DNA from: a virus
Taxonomy: Duplodnaviria; Caudoviricetes
Length of the DNA: 61,872 nucleotides
Reading direction: 5' to 3' (one strand)
IMG/VR virus record: IMGVR_UViG_3300027759_000095
Coordinates: 1 to 61,872 of that record
The notes beneath the pieces are model-generated. The model worked only from the letters and a program-made list of their open reading frames with translations, was not told where the DNA came from and made no database searches. Positions 56,521 through 61,872 of the stretch are shown here, piece after piece. Positions within the stretch are counted from its first letter, which is position 1. Each line of letters opens with the position of its first letter. The translations under genes were made by a program, and so were the position numbers.

Positions 56521-56799
56521 ATGCAACAGACAGACGTACTAGCGGTTCACAAAGAAACTACAGGCACAGTAGTGTCGGGACGTAATAGAGTTAAGGGTTT
56601 GATTGTTACGCCCGGTGGTACTGCGGGAGACATTATTCTTAGAGATGGGGGTGCTTCTGGCACGACTCGTCTTCAATTTAATTTGTCTACCAACCAATCT
56701 GCATTTTCTTTTACAGTGCCGGGTGAGGGAGTGTTGTATCTAACTGATATACATGTAACTTTACCAACAGCTTCAAAAATTACGGTGTTCTATGGCTAA
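56521..56799 (+). CDS. Small virion structural protein
   Basis: PGEGVL...ITVFYG motif; RBS AGGAG. Confidence 0.7.
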   Translation: MQQTDVLAVHKETTGTVVSGRNRVKGLIVTPGGTAGDIILRDGGASGTTRLQFNLSTNQSAFSFTVPGEGVLYLTDIHVTLPTASKITVFYG

Positions 56800-57046
56800 G
56801 AAAACCCCATCCCTTGCAGTAGGCCGTGGCGAGAAGCTACCGGTCTCCAAGGGGGCGGGCTTGACTGCCAAGGGTCGCGCTAAATATAACGCAGCAACAG
56901 GCAGTAATCTAAAAGCTCCCCAGCCCCAAGGCGGCAAGCGCAAGAATTCATTTTGTGCGCGGATGTCTGGTATGCCGGGGCCAATGAAAGATGAAAAAGG
57001 TAAGCCTACCCGCAAGGCGGCTTCCTTAGCTAGATGGAAATGCTGA
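56792..57046 (+). CDS. Small basic protein
   Basis: GLTAKGRA.YN..TGSNLK.P...SFCARM...SL.RWKC. Confidence 0.75.
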   Translation: MAKKTPSLAVGRGEKLPVSKGAGLTAKGRAKYNAATGSNLKAPQPQGGKRKNSFCARMSGMPGPMKDEKGKPTRKAASLARWKC

Positions 57047-57047
57047 T

Positions 57048-57227
57048 ATGACCGACCAACATGAAACAGTTAAACACGTAGTCGATGCTCTGTCAGTGAT
57101 TACTGTAATAGGCACGCTAGTTGATATGCTACCCTCAATCGCAGCAATATTTACCATTATCTGGACAGGCATTCGCATCTGGGAAACTGATACCGTACAA
57201 CGGTGGTGGAAAAAAGATGCCGAGTAG
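57048..57227 (+). CDS. Small membrane protein, 59 aa (not in ORF track)
   Basis: MTDQHETVKHVVDALSVITVIGTLVDMLPSIAAIFTIIWTGIRIWETDTVQRWWKKDAE. Confidence 0.75.
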   Translation: MTDQHETVKHVVDALSVITVIGTLVDMLPSIAAIFTIIWTGIRIWETDTVQRWWKKDAE

Positions 57228-57612
57228 CAGCGCCAAACAACACAAATTCATGGAAGCGGTGGCTCACTCGCCATCGTTTGCCAAGAAGGTAGGAGTTCCA
57301 CAGTCCGTGGGCAAAGATTTTTCAACTGCGGACAAGGGCCGCAAATTCTCTAAAGGTGGTGATACTATGGCTTCCAAAATGAACGCTGGTTTTATGGCAA
57401 TGATGGCTAAAAAGAAGGGCGCACAAGAAGGCTCTAAAGCTGATATGGCCTCTGACAAAAAGCAAATGATGGGTATGAAAAAAGGCGGCGGCGTTAAGAA
57501 GATGGCCGGCGGTGGTCTAGCTGCTGGTCATAAAAGCGCCGATGGTATTGCTTCTAAAGGCAAGACCAAAGGTAAAATGATTAAAATGAACATGGGCGGA
57601 AAAGCCTGCTAA
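57217..57612 (+). CDS. K/G/M-rich basic protein
   Basis: MPSSSAKQHKFM.AVAH.P.FAKKVGVPQSVG.DF; likely start is ATG 57217. Confidence 0.7.
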   Translation: MPSSSAKQHKFMEAVAHSPSFAKKVGVPQSVGKDFSTADKGRKFSKGGDTMASKMNAGFMAMMAKKKGAQEGSKADMASDKKQMMGMKKGGGVKKMAGGGLAAGHKSADGIASKGKTKGKMIKMNMGGKAC

Positions 57613-57619
57613 GGAGTAA

Positions 57620-57856
57620 ATGATGGCACGCCCCAGCAAACAAGAAATTGAAAATATGCGTAGAGATGCGGCAGCAGCTAAAGCAGAAAAGCCGTATATG
57701 GAATCTTTAACTTCAACAGAAGAAGCTCCTCCATCTGCGGGTGCGGGTCGTGGTTTTGTAAATCCACCCGTAAAGAAAATGGCCAAAGGTGGATCTGCTT
57801 CTTCGCGTGCCGATGGTATTGCCAAAAAAGGCAAAACCCGTGGCAAGATTTGCTAG
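57620..57856 (+). CDS. Small basic protein
   Basis: MAKGGSASSRADGIAKKGKTRG; RBS AAGGAG. Confidence 0.7.
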   Translation: MMARPSKQEIENMRRDAAAAKAEKPYMESLTSTEEAPPSAGAGRGFVNPPVKKMAKGGSASSRADGIAKKGKTRGKIC

Positions 57857-57865
57857 GAGCTTAGC

Positions 57866-58114
57866 ATGATGGCCAGCCGAGGGATGGGTGATATATCCCC
57901 ATCCAAAATGCCTAAGGGTGTGCGAAAAGCCCGCCGAGATAACACTGACTTTACAGAATATGCTAAAGGTGGTGAAGTCTGGGATAAAGCACGCCCCAAA
58001 AAGTTAGGCCCATCTAAGCCACTAAGCTCAAGTAAAAAAGCCAAGGCTAAAGCTTCCGCCAAAGCTGCTGGTCGCCCATATCCAAACTTAATTGACAATA
58101 TGAAGGCCGCGTAA
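57866..58114 (+). CDS. Small basic protein
   Basis: SRGMGDI, YAKGG, AGRPYPNLIDNM. Confidence 0.7.
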   Translation: MMASRGMGDISPSKMPKGVRKARRDNTDFTEYAKGGEVWDKARPKKLGPSKPLSSSKKAKAKASAKAAGRPYPNLIDNMKAA

Positions 58115-59046
58115 TGTCTACTACCGGTACCACAGCCTTTAATCTAGAGTTTACGGAACTTGCTGAAGAGGCTTGGGAGCGGGCTGGGCGCGAGATGCGT
58201 TCTGGCTATGATTTGCGTACAGCGCGTAGATCACTTAACTTGATGACCATTGAGTGGGCTAATCGCGGCCTAAACATGTGGACAATTGAGACTGGCACCA
58301 TTACCCTAACGCAAGGCCTTAACACCTACGCTTTGCCCACTGATACGATTGATCTACTGGATCATGTGATTCGGACGCAGCCAAACGTAGCGTCAACCCA
58401 GGCCGACTTGAGCATCACCAGGATTAGCGTATCAACGTATGCAACTATCCCGAACAAGCTGACTCAAGGCCGGCCAATTCAAGTATGGATTCAGCGTTTG
58501 TCTGGTGAAGTTGGCCCTACCTCTGCCACTTTAAATGGCGCTATTACAGCTACGACTGATTCCATTACCCTAAGTACCGTTGTTGGCCTGGCTGGATCTG
58601 GTTACATCCGCGTGGATAGTGAAGATATCTATTACACCTACATATCTGGAAATACCCTGGGCGGTGTTTTCCGTGGCCAAAACAACACAACCGCAGCTGC
58701 TCACACAACTTTAACAGCTGTTAAAGTTCCCCAGCTACCTGCTGTTACAGTTTGGCCAACACCTGATGGCTCACAGACTTACCAATTTGTCTACTACAGA
58801 CTACGCCGCGTTCAAGATGCTGGCAAAGGTGTAGAAACAGCAGATATGAATTTTAGGTTTTTGCCCGCTGTTACAGCTGGATTGGCTTACTATATTGCCA
58901 TGAAAGTACCCGAGTTAATGGGCCGGCTAGAAATGCTTAAAGCTGTTTATGAAGAACAGTACAAGCTTGCTGCTGGTGAAGACCATGAAAAAGCCACATT
59001 GCGTTTAGTGCCACGTATGTCATATATTGGTGGAGGTGGCATGTAA
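58114..59046 (+). CDS. Head-tail adaptor-like protein
   Basis: EEAWERAG...GYDLRTARRSLNLM..EWANRG.N.W; inserted beta domain; RFLPA..AGLAYY. Confidence 0.6.
   Translation: MSTTGTTAFNLEFTELAEEAWERAGREMRSGYDLRTARRSLNLMTIEWANRGLNMWTIETGTITLTQGLNTYALPTDTIDLLDHVIRTQPNVASTQADLSITRISVSTYATIPNKLTQGRPIQVWIQRLSGEVGPTSATLNGAITATTDSITLSTVVGLAGSGYIRVDSEDIYYTYISGNTLGGVFRGQNNTTAAAHTTLTAVKVPQLPAVTVWPTPDGSQTYQFVYYRLRRVQDAGKGVETADMNFRFLPAVTAGLAYYIAMKVPELMGRLEMLKAVYEEQYKLAAGEDHEKATLRLVPRMSYIGGGGM
58707..58728. repeat. Dispersed palindrome site 7, perfect (AACTTTAACAGCTGTTAAAGTT)
   Basis: Perfect 22-bp palindrome inside the CDS. Confidence 0.9.
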
Positions 59047-59450
59047 TGACTTCACCATACGCATCTGGCAAATATTCAATTGCCCAATGTGATCGGTGTG
59101 GCCAGCGTTATAAATTAAAGCAATTGAAAATTGAAGTCATTAAGACTAAACTCTATCAATTGAAAGTTTGTGAGGAATGTTGGGACCCTGATCAACCGCA
59201 GTTACAGTTGGGGATGTATCCGGTTAATGATCCCCAGGCTGTATACCAACCTCGCCCGGACACAACTTATGTTGCGGCTGGATTGAATGGATTACAGTTA
59301 ACAAATGGGGCTCAAGGAACACCAACTGGAGGATCTAGGGATATCCAGTGGGGTTGGTTCCCAGTAGGTGGGGCAAGTGGGTTTGATGCAGTTTTAACGC
59401 CTAATTACTTGGTTGGAACTACAAGTGTTGGCACAGTAACGATTTCATAG
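59046..59450 (+). CDS. Zn-ribbon conserved protein
   Basis: CDRCG...VCEECWDPDQPQL..PRPD. Confidence 0.7.
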   Translation: MTSPYASGKYSIAQCDRCGQRYKLKQLKIEVIKTKLYQLKVCEECWDPDQPQLQLGMYPVNDPQAVYQPRPDTTYVAAGLNGLQLTNGAQGTPTGGSRDIQWGWFPVGGASGFDAVLTPNYLVGTTSVGTVTIS

Positions 59451-59456
59451 GAGTTT

Positions 59457-59648
59457 ATGATGGCTAAAGAAAAAATGGATATGGCGCAAGACAAGGCCAT
59501 GATCAAGAAGGCGTTCAAACAGCATGATGCTCAAGAACATAAAGGCGGGAAAGGCACTACTCTTAAGTTAAAAAAGGGTGGTCCTACTAGCATGGACCGT
59601 AAAAAATACGGTAAAAACATGTCCCGCGCTATGAATCAAAAGGGGTAA
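59457..59648 (+). CDS. Small basic protein
   Basis: LKKGG motif; RBS AGGAG. Confidence 0.7.
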   Translation: MMAKEKMDMAQDKAMIKKAFKQHDAQEHKGGKGTTLKLKKGGPTSMDRKKYGKNMSRAMNQKG

Positions 59649-59651
59649 TTT

Positions 59652-59906
59652 ATGGCTTATTCCATGAAAAAGGGCGGCAAAGAAGTTGGCCCAGCTAGTG
59701 TTTACGCAAAGCCCCACACCATGTCTGGAGCGCCTGCTGAATTTACCAGCGTTACTCCTCCTAACATGAGTAATCCTGATACGCTTGACATGACGTTGAA
59801 TGGATTTAGCAATAAGCGTCCATCTTCTGCTAAAACTGATGGTATCAAAATTCGTGGCACTGGCTGCGCTACCAAGGGCGTGATGGCACGGGGTCCAATG
59901 GCATGA
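59652..59906 (+). CDS. Small basic protein
   Basis: MKKGG...GIKIRGTGCATKG..ARGPMA. Confidence 0.7.
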   Translation: MAYSMKKGGKEVGPASVYAKPHTMSGAPAEFTSVTPPNMSNPDTLDMTLNGFSNKRPSSAKTDGIKIRGTGCATKGVMARGPMA

Positions 59907-60601
59907 ACTACTCTGAGCTTTCGGCGGCGATACAAACGTATACGGAAAATAACTTTCCGACGATTACCCTTGCGGACTCGTCTACTGTATCTTCGACGGC
60001 TCAGATTAACCGCTTCATTGAGCAGGCGGAACAGCGAATCTATAACTCGGTGCAGTTTCCCTCGTTGCGTAAGAACGTGACCGGGACAATCACATCAAGC
60101 AATAAGTACCTGTCTTGCCCAGAGGACTTCTTGGCCCCATACTCATTAGCCATATATCCATATGGTGGAGGAGACTTCACATTCTTACTAAACAAAGATG
60201 TGAATTTTATGCGTGAGGCGTACCCTGGTCCAACAAGTACAGGAACGCCAAAATACTACGCATTGTTTGGGCCTACTGTTTCTAGCGGAACTATATCCAA
60301 TGAGTTGAGTTTTATCCTCGGCCCAACCCCGGATGCAACATATTCCGCAGAGCTTCATTACTATTACTACCCAGAATCCATTACCACCGCCGGCACTACA
60401 TGGCTTGGTGATAACTTTGATACAGCCTTACTGTATGGGTGTTTGGTAGAGGCCTATACCTTTATGAAGGGTGAGACGGATTTAGTTGCACTCTACAAGC
60501 AAAAATATGTTGAAGCAATTGCATTGGCCAAACGCCTGGGCGATGGAATGGAGCGCCAGGATGCATATCGCAGCGGTCAACTTAGGGTTGAGGTTAGCTA
60601 A
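59903..60601 (+). CDS. Tail adaptor / tubular protein A-like
   Basis: MNYSEL..AI...FI.QAEQRI...G.PKYYA...GPTPD..Y...LLYG.L.EAY.FMK. Confidence 0.7.
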   Translation: MNYSELSAAIQTYTENNFPTITLADSSTVSSTAQINRFIEQAEQRIYNSVQFPSLRKNVTGTITSSNKYLSCPEDFLAPYSLAIYPYGGGDFTFLLNKDVNFMREAYPGPTSTGTPKYYALFGPTVSSGTISNELSFILGPTPDATYSAELHYYYYPESITTAGTTWLGDNFDTALLYGCLVEAYTFMKGETDLVALYKQKYVEAIALAKRLGDGMERQDAYRSGQLRVEVS

Positions 60602-61017
60602 TGACTATTCTTCAAACCCAGACCACCAGCTTTAAAAAAGAGTTGTACCAGGCTGTCCACAATCTATCCACGGATACGATCTACATAGCCCTGTACACAG
60701 GTAATGCAAACTTAAACGAAGACACAACCGTTTACAGCGTAACCAATGAGGTTTCTGGTGCAGGCTACACGGCAGGCGGTAAAGCCTTGACTGGGGTTCA
60801 GATCAGTTCATCTGGCTATGTGGCCTATGTGAACTGGAGCAACGTGTCTTGGACAGCGGCTTTGACCGCCCGGTGCGCTTTGATTTACAACGTCACGCAG
60901 GGTAACAAGTCGATTGCAGTGTTGGACTTTGGGTCTGACAAAACATCGACCACCACGTTTACAATCACTATGCCAGCAAACACTTCAACTACTGCGCTTA
61001 TCAGGAGTTCAAATTGA
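60601..61017 (+). CDS. Tail structural protein
   Basis: TSFK.EL...H...ALY...NEVSG.GYTAGG...LDFGSDK. Confidence 0.7.
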   Translation: MTILQTQTTSFKKELYQAVHNLSTDTIYIALYTGNANLNEDTTVYSVTNEVSGAGYTAGGKALTGVQISSSGYVAYVNWSNVSWTAALTARCALIYNVTQGNKSIAVLDFGSDKTSTTTFTITMPANTSTTALIRSSN

Positions 61018-61205
61018 TCGTTACTACTACCAAAGGCGACATGGATGATTCCCTGCTTGAGAAGCGGGAAGGTACAGTCGATAACGAAAACGAGCTAACC
61101 ACATGGGTTGAGTACTGGCTGGATGAAGAGTTGGTTCACCGATCAGTGCATGTTACGTTGAAAAAAGTGCCTACCTTTGCCGGTGGCGATACCGCATCTT
61201 TTTAA
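61014..61205 (+). CDS. Hypothetical conserved protein
   Basis: TTKGDMD.SLLEK.EG...WVEYW..ELVHRSVHV.LK. Confidence 0.65.
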   Translation: MIVTTTKGDMDDSLLEKREGTVDNENELTTWVEYWLDEELVHRSVHVTLKKVPTFAGGDTASF

Positions 61206-61214
61206 GGAAATATT

Positions 61215-61706
61215 ATGGCTAATACTCAATCAATGGCTACTTCGTTCCTTAGTGAACTGATGCTAGGCCAACACCAACTTGGCGCTTCTACTATTGTTTC
61301 CCGTGGCAGCTTGACCACTCCTACTACGGACACCTTGAAAGCGGCATTGTTCCTCGCTTCGGCTACGATTAACGCTGCTACTACGGCGTATTCAACTACC
61401 GGTGAAGTTTCTGGTGCGGGCTATACGGCTGGCGGTATAACGGTCACGAATGCTACGGCTCCGACATCTACAAACTCGTCTGCAACGGCTGGCGTGGGTT
61501 ACTGGACTCCCTCTGCATCTTTTGTATACACATCGGTTACATTGGCTACGGCGTTTGATTGCGTGTTGTTGTATAACTCAACGCAGAGTAATAAGGCAAT
61601 CAGTGTCCACACGTTTGGTTCGCAGACAATCACTGCTGGAACATTTACGTTGACCATGCCGTCCAACACCACTACGACTGCTTTGTTGCGTTTGGCAACA
61701 ACCTAA
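61215..61706 (+). CDS. Tail structural protein (paralogue of 60601-61017)
   Basis: TSF..EL...H...EVSGAGYTAGG...YN.TQ.NK.I.V..FG...FT.TMP.NT.TTAL.R. Confidence 0.7.
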   Translation: MANTQSMATSFLSELMLGQHQLGASTIVSRGSLTTPTTDTLKAALFLASATINAATTAYSTTGEVSGAGYTAGGITVTNATAPTSTNSSATAGVGYWTPSASFVYTSVTLATAFDCVLLYNSTQSNKAISVHTFGSQTITAGTFTLTMPSNTTTTALLRLATT

Positions 61707-61733
61707 TAGCGGGGCGGCGTAAAGCCGTAGGCC

Positions 61734-61872
61734 ATGTTTGGTATAACCCCTTTTGCTGGAGCGCCTTTTGGCGCTACTGGCGATACCGCCATAGTCCCAA
61801 CTCTGGGTACGTGGGGATACGGCACTTGGGGTTCTGACCCTTGGGGCGGCTCTACTGGAACTGTAGTTGCCT
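61734..61872 (+). CDS. 5' part of join-spanning virion/tail structural protein (MFGITPFAGAPFG...)
   Basis: ATG at 61734; the frame stays open to the window end and continues through the repeat to the stop at 908 (about 303 aa). Confidence 0.8.
   Translation, partial: MFGITPFAGAPFGATGDTAIVPTLGTWGYGTWGSDPWGGSTGTVVA
61738..61872. repeat. Terminal direct repeat, right copy (circular overlap)
   Basis: Matches 1-135 with one mismatch. Confidence 0.95.

Noticed and set aside
19100-58728. Palindromes as CRISPR repeats, MITEs or host SOS boxes
   Set aside because: Not regularly spaced, no target-site duplications, in-frame within genes, and not in the CTGT-N8-ACAG arrangement
1-61872. tRNA genes, integrase/att site, DNA polymerase, stop-codon recoding
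   Set aside because: No cloverleaf or T-loop signature and no integrase or polymerase motifs seen; long ORFs are intact under the standard code, and TAA, TAG and TGA all serve as stops

Overview
The window looks like a complete, circularly permuted ~61.7 kb tailed dsDNA phage genome. The last 135 nt repeat the first 135 nt with one mismatch, and one ORF reads across the join. The architecture is podovirus-like: no tape measure or sheath, but several very large internal/ejection proteins. The host is probably an aquatic proteobacterium (inference only). There are four transcription blocks. (+) 46.8 kb through the join to 28.75 kb: terminase, portal, GroES-like protein, scaffold, major capsid, small basic proteins, tail parts, Gly-rich fibres, lysis genes and ejection proteins including a 3737-aa multi-enzyme protein. 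(-) 28.7-34.1 kb: recombination and nuclease genes plus a PAPS-reductase-family gene. (+) 34.2-42.2 kb: a non-coding control region, shuffled small genes, a ParB-like protein, helicase and primase. (-) 42.2-46.5 kb: GC-rich small putative early genes. I recognised no integrase, DNA polymerase, tRNA or CRISPR array. The most notable signals outside the ORF track are: (1) seven dispersed copies of a 21-22 bp palindrome AACTTTAMCA-N1-2-TGKTAAAGTT, mostly inside coding sequence, in a genome encoding a ParB-like protein but no ParA; (2) a c4/CI-like antisense RNA linked by complementarity to a ~270-nt multi-branched non-coding RNA followed by a G-quadruplex-type tract; (3) a [FYML]xxGG peptide motif shared by ejection proteins and small basic proteins; (4) a double-pseudoknot leader downstream of the capsid gene. 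All family assignments come from motif recognition by eye, not from database searches.
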